From Plasmodiophora brassicae (Eukaryota), in NCBI GenBank assembly GCA_036867785.1, contig CP145409.1, positions 1,860,001-1,924,000 of the forward strand: a stretch of DNA of 64,000 nt. The letters run 5' to 3'. The translations under genes and the position numbers were made by a program. Positions within the stretch are counted from its first letter, which is position 1; each line of letters opens with the position of its first letter. The notes below the pieces were generated by a model. It did not search any database. It was given only the letters and a program-made list of their open reading frames with translations, and was not told the DNA's origin. Shown one piece after another: positions 1 through 11,920 of this stretch.

Positions 1-270
1 GCGAATGAAACGAAGTTCCCGTTTGCCACGCATGCGCAGATGCAATAGGTGCGCGCACGGCACAACCCGCACGCATTGGCTCGGGCTGCGTGACGAAAAT
101 AGACCTACCATGTGCAAACGGCTCCTGCAGCCACGCATGGCGTGATGATGACTGGCGGGCGGACTACACCTACCTGGGCAGGGGCACGTCACACTGTCGT
201 CCGGGCTGGCTCGCCCGCAGCGTTTTCCGGAAATTTCTTCTCATTTTGTCAACGGGACGGCGGGCCGGGC

Positions 271-1961
271 ATGTCTATCGACAGCATCATGGCGGCGGCG
301 CCGTCCGACGCCGCCGTCTGTGATCGGGATGCCATCGTGTCTGATCGCGTCACGTTCCTGCAGAGCGGCGCAAAGTCACGGTAAGCATCCCGCCCAGCCC
401 GCCCCTCGATCGTCGAATAACGCATCGACAGGGTGGCGTCGTGGCTCTCGATCATGGATACCATGCGAGGGTCCTTTCCAACGCATACGGTCGCGATTGT
501 TCACAATGCTCTGGACCTCGACACATCCCGGGCGTGTCTTCGTGATGCGTTTTTCGTTGACGGCAATGTCGCTGTGTTCTTACGGGTGGCCTTGCTTCCG
601 AATTGCCGCCGCTTTGTTGACGAGTACCAATGGAGCGGTGATCGGTGGCTGTTGACGAGGCACGACATCGACCTGTTTTCCTACGTCAGTGGATCCACAC
701 TTCGATGTGTCAGCGTCGACAGCATGGACAAAGTCAATTCTCGTCGCCAAACCACCAGCAAGGTCTCGACTCGTACTCGCTGGCATTTGATGTGCCTGGT
801 ACACTGAATGACCTCCGTCAGATTCTGATGGTCGCTCCAGATGGGTTTGCTTACAACCCACACGCGGCGGTCGACAACAAGTTCAGCCATGAGGTCGACA
901 AGTCCAGCGACGATGTAAGAGAGGCCGCCCGCGCTGAGTTTGCAAGTTTACATGCGGCTTTGGAACGCTGTGGAGTCCAGGTTCCGAAGCATGTCAGACA
1001 TTGTTTTACGGTTAGGTGTTGAATCTCTTTGATGCAGATCGTCCTGATTGCAAACCCTGAGTTTCACGATACGCCTGACGCTGTATTCCCAAACAATTGG
1101 TTTTCGACCCACTCCAAGTCAGGTAATACGGGCCGTTCGGGTCGCTTCGCGTGTCGCCTCATCGCCCACGTTAAACGATGCAGAGGTTGGCCGTGATACG
1201 CTCGCGTTGTATCCCATGAAACCCGTTTCACGTCGAGCCGAAAGGCGAGCTGAGATCATTGCCCGCATCCAAGCCGTGCATTCGTACGACAACCTAGTCG
1301 ATCTGCGCAAGTTTGAGGAGGGCTCCGCACCACAGTTTCTGGAGGGAACTGGTATGCTCCTTCTACAAACGGCGCTAGCACGCTGGTGTTAACATCACGT
1401 CTTTGTTTCAGGCAGCATGGTACTTGATCGCGTCAACCGAGTTTGTTACGTGTGCCTTTCGGAACGGTCTACGTTGCCACTTGCGACGCAGTGGTGTTCG
1501 ACAATGGGATACAATCTTCACGCGTTCCACGCGACGGACGCATCCGGGTCGCCCGTCTATCACACCAACGTGATGATGGCTGTTGGGTCGCGGTTCGCGG
1601 TTGTATGCGACCAGGCTGTCGACGATCAACACGAACGCGCGCGACTGTTGGACCAGCTTCGAACCACCGGCCACGAAGTGATCTGTATCAGCCGGGCACA
1701 GATGGCAGACTTCTGTGGGAACATTCTGGAGCTCTGTAAGTCGTCGTGCGTGTAACTCAGTTCACGAATGTGACCGATCCTGTAGCAAACGCGTTTGGCC
1801 AATCCGTGCTGGTTGCATCGACCCGGGCCTGGAAGGCGTTCGGAGAGGAAATTCGTACCCGTTTCGGAAAGCTCGTCGACGAAGTCGTGCACGCGGACAT
1901 CCCGACGATTGAGTCAGTTGGTGGCGGTGGTGTCCGGTGCATGATTGCCGAGCTGTTCTGA
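271..1961 (+). CDS. Amidinotransferase / arginine deiminase-related hydrolase (CtlX-like), multi-exon, with N-terminal extension
   Basis: Spliced exons give ILMVAPDGFAYNP, DTPDAVFPNNWFSTH, LYPM..RRAER, FLEGTG|SMVLDR, YHTNVMM and terminal TIESVGGGGVRCMIAELF. Start codon is tentative. Confidence 0.85.
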
Positions 1962-2157
1962 TATACACAACCGCACACCCTCCGTTCGTGGCTGCGATCC
2001 TGCATTCGAGAACGATCCCCCGACTCGAGAAAGGTTCGAGAGCGGTCCCGACCTTCGTTTCCCAGACTGGCAATGTGCGCCATTGCACGCTAACCTGTTC
2101 ATGGGGCCCGACTGGATTGTATCGTCGTAGCAAGCGGAGCGCTGGTGTGGCCCTTCG

Positions 2158-3575
2158 ATGCCGGCGTCGTCTTCGACAGCATCCGACGGCAACGTCAATA
2201 CAGGGTCGGCGGGCGATGACGACGTCGCCGCCAGGGCCGTTGACTTCGCGTACGAATCATTCGCTAACCAGCTCCAGCTGAAACATTACCTCTTCCCGCT
2301 GGGCGGCGCTGCTGACGAGCAGCCAGCCAACAAGCTGACCTGGTCAGTTGGCGCCAAGGACATTCTGGACCAGTTCTGGACGGACGAATGCTACCACAGG
2401 AAGGCACTGAAGTCGATGGTCGCTCCATATGACCTGCTGTGGGTGATTCGGTGCCACTGATTCAGTGTCAGGTTTCGACGATGGACATCCTAGGCGACAT
2501 GCTTAACGACCGTGAGATGGACAGCGTCTTCGGCAACACCCGGGACCGGTTCGCGCTCGACCAGGGCTTCTACTTCCATCTGCAGAACCTCATTGGCGAG
2601 AACGTGCTGTTCCAGAACATTTGCCCTGTCATCCTCGTGTATGCACCGCTGTTCAGACTGTACAAGGACTTCGCCTCCGGCTATAGTGAGTGTGCCGGAA
2701 GACTCCTGTCTGGATGCTGACAACGTGCCCTGCAGAGCACGGCGTGCTAACCCTGCAACGTATTCGCCTCGAGTCGCCTCGTATTGCGAAGATCATCGAC
2801 CTTGCCAATGACGTGCCTCTTGAAACCCTAATGTACTCTTCGGTGAATCGAGGTACTGGATCCTGGGGCCCGTTTCGATCGTGCAGTGCAACTGAGGTTG
2901 ACGACGGTGTAGTGTCTCGTCTTCTGGTAACGCTGTCGAGATTGCGCCGGTTGCATGACGCGCTCGATATGAAGGTGCCGGACGATCTGAACGAGGCCTA
3001 CCGCCTGATCGGGGCGCTGTCGCATGAGATCAGTAACGCCCAGTGCCACCGACGAGAGATCGACCAGCTGCGTGACATTCAGGAACGATTGTTCAACGGT
3101 CGCGTCACGATTGCCAATGGTCTTCGGTTTCTCGTTCGATACGGCGTGCTCGAAAAGGTACGACGCAACCGTTTGTATAGACTTGCTCTTCACGGGTCTG
3201 ACGCTTTCTACCCAGGTGGACAAGACGCGTTACCGGTTCCGGCTTGCCTTACCCAAGAAGTACCTGTTCGTTCTGTGCAACGACCTCCTTCTGTACGGGA
3301 CACCCACGACGTCGTCAGCGCCGTCGCTGATCAAGCGGATTCTGCCGACGAGCGGGATGCGCCTCGAAGTTCTGTCGCCAACGCGATTCCGCATCGATTC
3401 GCCGATGAAGTCGCTCGAGGTCGTCGCGCGCGACCCACCCCATGCAAGGAAATGGATCGGTCAGTTTGGGGAATCCGATCTGTCGTTGATCCTCGCTGAC
3501 CGACAGCACAGCCGACATTCGGCGGACGCTCGAGATGGAGTCTCTTCAGAAAAGGATTCGCGAACTGCCGACTAA
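2158..3575 (+). CDS. Divergent DH-PH (RhoGEF-like) protein, multi-exon
   Basis: DH-like segments (DECYHRKAL, SVFGN, LFRLYKDFASGY, LETLM) followed by a PH-like tail (RFLVRYGVLEK, YLFVLCNDLLLY, FRIDSPMKSLEVVA...KWI). Confidence 0.6.
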
Positions 3576-3704
3576 CCTGAAAGTGGAACCCAGGACCGAA
3601 CCGGCACTGGCTCATTCCATCAAATCGTCCACGTCATAATGGCATCGGAACGCGAAGGACCGCCTGTGGGGTTTTAATAGATACAAACAGTAAACCTGCA
3701 GCAT

Positions 3705-5984
3705 TCACCAGACGTCGTTGCACGTGCATGTCCCATCGCGAAGATGATGCCGGCGGGACCGATCCCAGATGATGATGTCGCGATTGTAGATCGCCGATAC
3801 GCGCTTCGCCGTCTGATGACAGTCGGAGCACATGCGAACGTTCGTCGCTGCGTTGATGACGTCGCTACCCGGCACCGTTTTCAATGCGTACGCCAGCGCG
3901 AACATCTCGCTGTGGAACATCTGCGACCCTTCGGTGGAGTGAACGTTCAGCGCCTTTGTGAGACTCGAGTGCGCATCTCGGAGCGCAACGTCAAACCGAT
4001 ACCGACTATCGTCCGACTTGAACTGGGCGGGGCCACCAGCGAGGATGACGGTTGTCGTGCCATTCGGCGTACTAAGCTCCTTCGTCTCCATCTCGTCACG
4101 AATCCGCTCGGCGTCACTTGCCCGACCGCACTCGGCGTACGTGTCTGCCATCGTTTGATAGCACCCGGCAAGCATATCGGGATCGACACCATCCTTCAGA
4201 GATCGAATTCGGTCGAAGGTGCGTTCGGCACGAGGAAGGTCATTCCGCATCCGACAGCCATTGAGCAACGTTGACAGGGCGTCCAGGGTCGGAGACGACA
4301 ACGCCACTTCCTCGGCAGCGTCCAGATCGCCCTTGTGGCACAGCAGGTCGACCCTCGAAGGGGCACTCGACAGCAGGTCGTCGGCAGAACGAAGGAGGCC
4401 TGCTTTTGCCAGAGAAGCGATAGCGTTTTCGTCCGGCGTCAACCCGGCCGCTTTCAGTTGCTCGAAGATAGCAATCGCCTTCTCGGGCACGTCATTGTGG
4501 CAGTACGACGTCATCATGGCCGAGAAGACGGGGACGTTCATATTCGTCCCATCGAAGATTTGCTCGGCGACCTGCAACTGACCGCACCTTGAATAGGCAG
4601 TGATCAGGGCGCTAACGACACTGTCGTCCATCATCAGCCGTCGTGTCGTCCGGGAATAATCACGAAGTTCGTTGAGAGCCGGCAGGTTGAAGCACCGGCC
4701 GCTGGCACTGATCAGGCCAACAAACGTCTCGTTCGCCACTTCGATGCCACGTTGCAACATGTCGCGAAACACGTCCAGGCCTTGTGGAACGCGATCGCAC
4801 TTGGACAGGACCGCTGCGATCGTGTTAAAGATTTCGTTCGCCCATCGTATGTCGGCGGCCTTGACGTACTGGAACAGTTCCAGGGCCTTGTCGGCCATGT
4901 CGTGGTCGCCATACACGGTGATCATGGCGTTGAACACGGCTGGGCCCCGATGTTCCGCCGAGTTCTTCAGGCGGAACACGCGTTCGGCCTGTTGGATCTC
5001 GGTACAATCGCTGTAGGCGGCGATGAGCGCGCACTGGATCGCAATGTCGTTCAGCAGCATCTTGCGTTCGCGAACGTACCCGTACAGGACGCCGACGGCG
5101 GACGTGTTCCGGGCGCGACCGCACGCTGCGATCAGGGCGACGATGGCTGGGCGACTCGGGACGATGCTGCGCGCCTTCATCTGCCAGAACAATTTCAAGG
5201 CCATGTCGACCGCTTGAACAGACGTCGCCGACAGCACGTTCGACAGGAGCTGCTGTGACGCCGGGACCTGCATCGACTGCATCAGGTGCAGGACGGTAAA
5301 CGCGGCGTCGACGCGTTCTTGTGACAGAAGCGCTGCGATCAGGTGGGCGAACACTTGTTGATCCGGTGCGGGTTCTGTCTTGCCCTTCTTCAGGTGATGC
5401 ACGAGGCGGGCGGCCTCATCGGCACCTTCTTTACAGTTGCTTTCCGCACAGCAGGCCGATAGCATGGTTAACAGTTTGCCGGTCAGCACGCCCTCCCGAA
5501 GGGCGTCTCGGACGAGGAACAGGGCCAACGACGGTTGTTTCGCTACCCGGCAGAGGTGGGCGACGGCGAACATGACGTTATCGGATCGTATGCCGCACTT
5601 GTTGTACAAATCGAGAGCCTCGCGTACCATGGGCGGGTCGGCCGCCAGGCAGCAGGTGACAAAGGTGCCGAACAGCGCATCGGGGACAAACGCGCCTTGC
5701 GACAGGGCGGCGTCCAGCACCTCAGGCGCCTTCGCCGGCATCCGGCGCTGGCAGAACTCCATCATCGATTCGAACACGTGGACGTCGGCCCTGGGCAGGA
5801 CGCGTTGAAACAGGGACCAAGCCCGCTCGGGGTCCTGTTCGTCGGCTAGCGCGCGAACCGCCAACGACGGCGTCCCCGATTCCATGCACCTCACGAATAG
5901 CGATGACGGCGGCGCAACAGGGTCTGCTGCGGCGGCAACACCCGAGAATGCAGGCCGGCAAGCGATGCGGAACGCCAGTCGCAT
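3705..5984 (-). CDS. Pentatricopeptide repeat protein with C-terminal DYW-type deaminase domain
   Basis: Intronless ORF with about 35-aa PPR motifs (e.g. VFNAMITVYGDHDMADKALELFQ) and C-terminal HSEMFALAYAL..NVRMCSDCH..RHHLRDGTCTCNDVW. Likely start is M71 of the listed ORF (MRLAFRIACRPAFSG), resembling a transit peptide. Confidence 0.9.
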   Translation of the reverse strand: MRLAFRIACRPAFSGVAAAADPVAPPSSLFVRCMESGTPSLAVRALADEQDPERAWSLFQRVLPRADVHVFESMMEFCQRRMPAKAPEVLDAALSQGAFVPDALFGTFVTCCLAADPPMVREALDLYNKCGIRSDNVMFAVAHLCRVAKQPSLALFLVRDALREGVLTGKLLTMLSACCAESNCKEGADEAARLVHHLKKGKTEPAPDQQVFAHLIAALLSQERVDAAFTVLHLMQSMQVPASQQLLSNVLSATSVQAVDMALKLFWQMKARSIVPSRPAIVALIAACGRARNTSAVGVLYGYVRERKMLLNDIAIQCALIAAYSDCTEIQQAERVFRLKNSAEHRGPAVFNAMITVYGDHDMADKALELFQYVKAADIRWANEIFNTIAAVLSKCDRVPQGLDVFRDMLQRGIEVANETFVGLISASGRCFNLPALNELRDYSRTTRRLMMDDSVVSALITAYSRCGQLQVAEQIFDGTNMNVPVFSAMMTSYCHNDVPEKAIAIFEQLKAAGLTPDENAIASLAKAGLLRSADDLLSSAPSRVDLLCHKGDLDAAEEVALSSPTLDALSTLLNGCRMRNDLPRAERTFDRIRSLKDGVDPDMLAGCYQTMADTYAECGRASDAERIRDEMETKELSTPNGTTTVILAGGPAQFKSDDSRYRFDVALRDAHSSLTKALNVHSTEGSQMFHSEMFALAYALKTVPGSDVINAATNVRMCSDCHQTAKRVSAIYNRDIIIWDRSRRHHLRDGTCTCNDVW

Positions 5985-6863
5985 TGTCGAGGCAGCTCGC
6001 GTCACCATCACGGGGATGGTGCTGCAGCTCCCCACTGACGCAGTCCGCCACCACCCGGCTGGCGGCATCGGAGTATTTTTGTCCCCCCGCTCCAGTGACA
6101 GTGTCGATGGGACGCGAGCAACAGCCAACATCCGACTCATGAGACTGCAACCGGGAACGCGAAACGGCGGTTGCAACATCGACGTAGCTCGCACTGCGAT
6201 CGTCGATCATCGGTGGTATGTAGGTACAGCTCCCGCTGTCGTCGCAGTCCGCAAACGACTGCGTCGCAGGTTTTATCATTGTGCCTGTTTCGAGAGGTGA
6301 TGCGGTGCGGGTTCTGTGGGCGACGAATCTCGGCTGCTGGGCTGCACGGTAAGGACAGGGTTTGGCGTCTTCTCCCGTTTGCCGAAGCAGACGTGCTCGA
6401 ACCAGCGCGATTCGCGTTCGTCTGACTCGACGATGGTGGGCAGCTGCTTGTGTCGGGATACAACTGACCAGGGCCTGATTGTAAACATGGGGCCTCCCGC
6501 GACGATGCACGTTCTGCGTTTCACTATCGGCAGGTTCGCGTCGTCTTGTTCAACGTGCTTAGGGGGCGGCGGCAGCGCGTCAAACTCGCGGCCGGCTGGG
6601 GGATGCCTCGGCATGCTTAAGCACAGCACGTGCGTACAGCCACGCCAACGCCAGCCGCGATATTCTCGATGATCGCTTTACCGTACCAATTATTTCCCTA
6701 AAAATCGACCTGAACGGGGTTTCGACTGCCGATCAGCACCGGGCAACAGTGCCACATGGCGGTTCCTGTACGTCCCTGCATACGCGGCACCGACGATGCG
6801 CATTCGACAATGCGGCCACTGCTGTCACGCAAGGCACAACGCTAGGCTCAAAGGCAGTACGAT

Positions 6864-7948
6864 TTAGCAGAGGTGATCGGTAAGCTCCTTCTGTCGACTC
6901 TTTCGCCAGGCATGCTGCAGGCCCAGTTTGACTAGACGCTGGGGTAGGTTGGCGCATGCACATCTTTGCGATAGCGTACGAATTAGGAGTCTGATGATCG
7001 TGTAGCAAACGAGCACGACCAGGAACGGTATCGACTTTACAGCCACTGTGACGTCGTCTCCGTGCCAGCTGTGTTGAGGACCGCGAAATTAATGCACGTC
7101 TGCGATCTGCCACCTGACTCCCGTATACCTGCTTCCCTTGTAATGCCTGAATGCAGTATGGGCGCCTTCAGCGTAGACATGCTTCGGAATACTTGCAAAC
7201 CCGTAATCCTTGTTTTCAGACGTGAGCGCCCTGATATATTTCCCGATGCAGTATGAGAAGAACGCAGGCCCCGTGCTCATGAACACCTGAAAGTTAATGT
7301 TGAAAGACTGGGCTAGATTCTCACTACGGAGCAATGGCGTACCGTCGGATATTTCGTGAAGAAACGATGGTTCCAGTACGGCAATGCATTGATCAATAGT
7401 CGGGATAGAGGATGGTTCGGGACAGCGGCGAACAGATCATTCGAGAACCCAGCTGGCCATGTTTCGGGCGCCAGGAACCCAAGGTCGGTGCTGTTCAGCA
7501 CCCTGGAAACAGGCACGTTGCACCCGATATCCAGATCCATGTACACACCCCCGAAGTGATAGATCAAGAAGTACCGGATGGCATCGGCTCGTTGTATGTC
7601 GTATGGATACGTTACGTAGACGGGGACAAAATCCGGGTAATGCTGGCGCAGGAAGGCCAGCGCCTCATTGTCAGACCAGAGCCTGATCTCGTAATCGGCG
7701 TTCTGTTCGCGAACGAGCTGATGGGCAGGTTGCCATCGATCCGGAACCTGGTTCGTCTTGTAGACTTGGTGTATGATCCTAGGGATTCTGCTCGTTCCGC
7801 CTGCTTCCGCAAGCGCCGCTGACGGGACGTCCAGCGGGTAGTAGGCGGTACGAACATAATGCAGTACGACGGGCAAGATGCCGACCAGCATCGTTGCACT
7901 CGTTGCGGCAGCGATACCTGCCAAATAGCGCAGGCCATTTGCGGTCAT
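6864..7948 (-). CDS. GT32 glycosyltransferase (SUR1/CSH1-like inositol phosphoceramide mannosyltransferase), 3 exons
   Basis: IPRIIHQ, DAIRYFLIYHFGGVYMDLD (DxD), KYPT|VFMSTGP, GS|SWHGDD; N- and C-terminal hydrophobic segments. Confidence 0.88.
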
Positions 7949-8313
7949 GACGTTGAACTGCGAACCTGCCAACAAACGCGGCGCTCAGCGCCAAAGTGAA
8001 ACGATGACATCGGCATGCCATGCAGTCACAGCCAAAAGCAGACGGCAGCGCTCGCTGAGCTGCACCAAAGTGAGACCCCGACTTCGCGGTGCCATCTGTA
8101 CGGTAAGGGGTCCACAGCAGTCGACGGACGGGTGGGTGCCATTGGCGGGACGATCTGGACAGTCTGGCGGCAGAACGGCGCCAGTACAACGCCGTGGCCG
8201 GTCATGGTGGCGGCGGAAAAGCAGGAAGCCCGACTGCCGAGGCAGTCACGCGGGCGTCGGGCGATCCCCAGTGATGACGGCGGGTCCATTCCGTTTTTTG
8301 GAAGGGCGACGCG

Positions 8314-9738
8314 ATGGTGTCGCCGTTTGTCGTCGTCGTCGTCGTTGTGGCGATGAGCGGCGTCGGCACGGCCGACCGGCACGTGCAAGCGGAGATTGCG
8401 GTTGCCGATCGGCACATTCCGGCGTTCTTTGCGTCCTGGGGCGACGATCCTAGTTCGCCGCTGGCGGGAACGCTGGCGTCGGCGGGTGGCGATGCGTGCG
8501 GCCCGGTTTCCGGGATCGAACCCGGGGCGATCGTGATTGTCAACCGGGGATCGTGTACGTTCTCGACCAAGCTGGATAATTTGAAGTCGGCGTCTCCAAC
8601 GGCTGTCGTCGTCGTGGGCGGGCCATCGGACCGGTCGTGGATCGTGATGGGACCGGATGATATGGCCACACCGATCCCGTCTGTGTTCGTGCTTCACGAT
8701 GACGGAGACATACTTCAGTCATCGCTTGGACGTCAGGCGACAATCGCGCCGTACGCCAGGCCGAAGTTCGATTGGTCGGCCCCGATCCTTCTCGCCGTTT
8801 CTGTCGTCATTGTTCTGGCCAGTGCATTCTGGGCCTCTGAGAAAGAGCGGCTGCTGTCAAGGGGGATTGTTGCCTCTGAGGACCCCGATATCCCAGACGC
8901 AGACATCGCCACGCTCGACGCTCGCAGTGCCGTCACCTTCATTGTCATCGCGTCCGTCGTCTTGGTTATATTGTTCTTCTTGATCGACGAACTCATCTAC
9001 GTTATCTTTTTCGCCTTTGCAGTATCGGGGACGTCGTCCCTCGTGATTCTGATGGCCAAGCCATGTCGTGCAATGTTTCCGAAGTTGGATCACCCGATTG
9101 CTTTGCCCGTATTCGGAGCGCTTAACGTGATGTACGTCATTCTGACGGTGATCGCGTCTGCAATCACGCTGACGTGGTACCTAACGCGGCATTCGGACTG
9201 GTCGTGGGTCCTGCAGGACGTAATCGGTGCATCGCTGCTGATTACAATCCAACGTGTGCTCAGGATCCCGAATTTGAAGATCGCCACGATCCTGTTGGGC
9301 ATGGCCTTTGTGTATGATGTCTTCTGGGTGTTTCTGTCGCCATACCTTTTCAAGTCCTCCGTTATGGTGACTGTGGCGACTGGTGGCACGACTGGGGAAC
9401 GGATACCGATGCTTCTCGCCATTCCTCGTCTGCAGGACCTGTTCGGCGGGTATTCGCTGATTGGTTTCGGCGATCTGGCTTTGCCGGGTCTTCTCATATC
9501 CTACCTACTGCGGTTTGATTCGTTAAACCGAACGACCTACTTTGGGCCGGCAATTTTCGGGTACACATTGGGACTCGTAATCACGGATATCGCCATGATG
9601 GCGACGCAACTTGGGCAACCTGCCCTGCTATACCTGGTACCATGCACACTAGGGACAACGTCCTTCCTCGCATGGCGAAACGGGCACCTGCGCCCTATGT
9701 GGAAGGGCGAGCACCTGGACCATCGTTTGCTCGGCTGA
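8314..9738 (+). CDS. SPPL2: Signal peptide peptidase-like 2 (PA domain + GxGD aspartyl intramembrane protease)
   Basis: Signal peptide, PA domain (VNRGSCTFSTK), VYDVFWVF, GFGDLALPG, QPALLYLVP. Confidence 0.93.
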   Translation: MVSPFVVVVVVVAMSGVGTADRHVQAEIAVADRHIPAFFASWGDDPSSPLAGTLASAGGDACGPVSGIEPGAIVIVNRGSCTFSTKLDNLKSASPTAVVVVGGPSDRSWIVMGPDDMATPIPSVFVLHDDGDILQSSLGRQATIAPYARPKFDWSAPILLAVSVVIVLASAFWASEKERLLSRGIVASEDPDIPDADIATLDARSAVTFIVIASVVLVILFFLIDELIYVIFFAFAVSGTSSLVILMAKPCRAMFPKLDHPIALPVFGALNVMYVILTVIASAITLTWYLTRHSDWSWVLQDVIGASLLITIQRVLRIPNLKIATILLGMAFVYDVFWVFLSPYLFKSSVMVTVATGGTTGERIPMLLAIPRLQDLFGGYSLIGFGDLALPGLLISYLLRFDSLNRTTYFGPAIFGYTLGLVITDIAMMATQLGQPALLYLVPCTLGTTSFLAWRNGHLRPMWKGEHLDHRLLG

Positions 9739-9843
9739 TCTCCGTATACTCTCGCACTTCTATTGTAATTCCATACATGCACGCTCAACTGTACCGCCAC
9801 TTCAGACCAGACGGTTCGAGTAATTGCGGGGCGTCTATCTAGG

Positions 9844-10902
9844 TTAACCGTCGAATTCGTCGTCGACAATTGGGATGTACCCGATCAGCTGGTTGTACCC
9901 TGCCGATTGCAGGAACTCGGCGGGCAACCTCTTCTTGATGCTGCGGATATAGTACGCGAACGACACGATGATGGCGGCGGACGAGATGAACCAGAGCAGG
10001 AACGGGTGCCGGCTGGTGGCCCAGTAGAAGAACTGGAATAGGAACAACGTGCGGAATACGATGGGTATGATGACGAACGCGCTGTGCACGTTCTCATTCA
10101 AGGCGGCACGACGCCCTAACTGTAATCCGATTAGGTACCCGGTCATCACATGGAACGGTATGTACAGGAACGCGATCAATGTAGAGATGACCAGGGGGAG
10201 CACCATCGTCTGCGCTCTTGACGACAGCAAAGCGGACGTCACGAGCCCCTGATAGGTGCCGTAGCCCAACGAAATCGCCATGGACGAGAATAGACAGTGC
10301 CGGAGATCGCTCAGGCGTATGGCGGCCTCCTGTTCGGATTCGCTGCCCAGCCTCTGCGTCTTGCTGCGAATCATGAAAAACTTGTACGCCTCCTCGCCGG
10401 ACACCTGCGCGAACAGCAGCAGAAGGATGCTCAGGTAGACGGAGCGCACATGGCGAACCAAGGGGTGTGCCATGTTCAGCAAGATCACCATCAGCAGGAG
10501 AATGAACGGCGCCGTCGCGAACGCGATGGCATATGTTTTGATGGTATCGTTGGGCGACACGACGTTTGTCGTATGCGACCTCCAGACAAGGAAACCGAAC
10601 GGCACGAAGAACAACGGGTACGCCTGGATAAAGGATGGCAATGTCAGAACAGAGGCGGGCATCGGCAGCGGCTATGGACGGCCAACCAGTGAGAACGTTG
10701 GATAGAGGAAATACACGACAAACCATACGGCGACGAGCGCACCAATGATCAGGAGCGACGTGACGTTCAACGGCACTATGGGTTCCTGGGGTGCGCCTGC
10801 GTCGATGGCCATTGATTCGATGTCGCGGTGCGGGTCATCAGTGAGCGGCGGGGGGCCCAAATCATCGCGCTTCTCGGGGTCCTGCAGCGGCACATTTTCC
10901 AT
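9844..10902 (-). CDS. Multi-pass membrane protein, PrsW-like (degenerate), 2 exons
   Basis: One GT-AG intron at about 10624-10688; multiple TM helices with EEAYK, LGYGTYQG and FHVMTGYLIG resembling PrsW motifs. Confidence 0.6.
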
Positions 10903-11106
10903 GTCGATTGGCCGGCGCCCAGTTCGGCCGTTGTCCGGCGCAGTTGACATCGGATCCGCAGCTCCGGCGTATGTATATAGCGCGAACGGGACGGATATCT
11001 ATCCCCGTTGGACAACAGACAGCGCGTGGGACCGGCGCCACTCGGTACACTGCAACCTGGTCCAGTCACACTGCTGCGCTCGTCCACGACAGTATCCTGC
11101 GTCTGA

Positions 11107-11861
11107 TGACCGGCGGATACGAAAGCGGCGACCTGTACGTTTGAACCTGCGGGTGCGCGTCGTTTCACATCGAATCAATACAGTCCGGGCGAGCGGCGGA
11201 CTCCGTGAGGCGACGCGGTGGCGATTGTGACGATGACGAAGAAGCGCGCCGAGCGGTGCACGACCTGCTATGGCGTCACGTACCTGACGCGCCGCATGGT
11301 TGGGTTGCCGTGTCCGGCCTGCACCATGGACACTTGTATCTGAACGCGTGGGCGCTCCCGCAGGCGAGGAGCGGTGCCCGGCCGCGTTGCTACGGCCTGC
11401 GAGTGTCGTCGCCGATGGGCGCCGCCGAATCGGCGCGCGCCGCCATGGCTCCGGCGGACGAGTTCGGCGACATCTCGTCGATCATTGTCGCCGGGAAGAC
11501 GGTCACGACGGAACCGAGCGAGCTGGACTCGGACAAGATCCCGCTCGCGGGCGCCACCGGCATCATTGTCGCATTCGAGGGCAGCGCCGACGACGACGTC
11601 GACGTGGACGGTACCGGTGCGCGTCATAGTCTGATCAGCTGGGGCCAATGGCGTCACGCCACGGTCAGGCACCTGGAACGGCAACGGCACGCGATCGGGG
11701 CGCTCGGCGACCGCATGAAATGGCTGGCGACCGGGTCGGGCCTTCGCGAGCTCTACCGAGAATCGTCAACGTTCCTCGGCGCGTACACGTCCGCCATGTC
11801 GGCAGCAGGGAAAGAATTACAGAAGCTCGCCAAGGCCGCCATCGACCGCCTCGAACGATAA
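11107..11861 (+). CDS. Hypothetical protein
   Basis: 218-aa ORF with a probable short upstream exon (GTACG donor near 11135); no recognisable domain. Confidence 0.45.
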
Positions 11862-11920
11862 TGCACGTCGCGCGTCATTCCGACAATTGTCGCCCTGGCC
11901 CCCCGTTTAGTACAGTCGTC

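Noticed and set aside
5985-6194. First 70 codons of the 829-aa PPR ORF
   Set aside because: The listed start is not ATG, and M71 begins a better transit-peptide-like sequence; not certain
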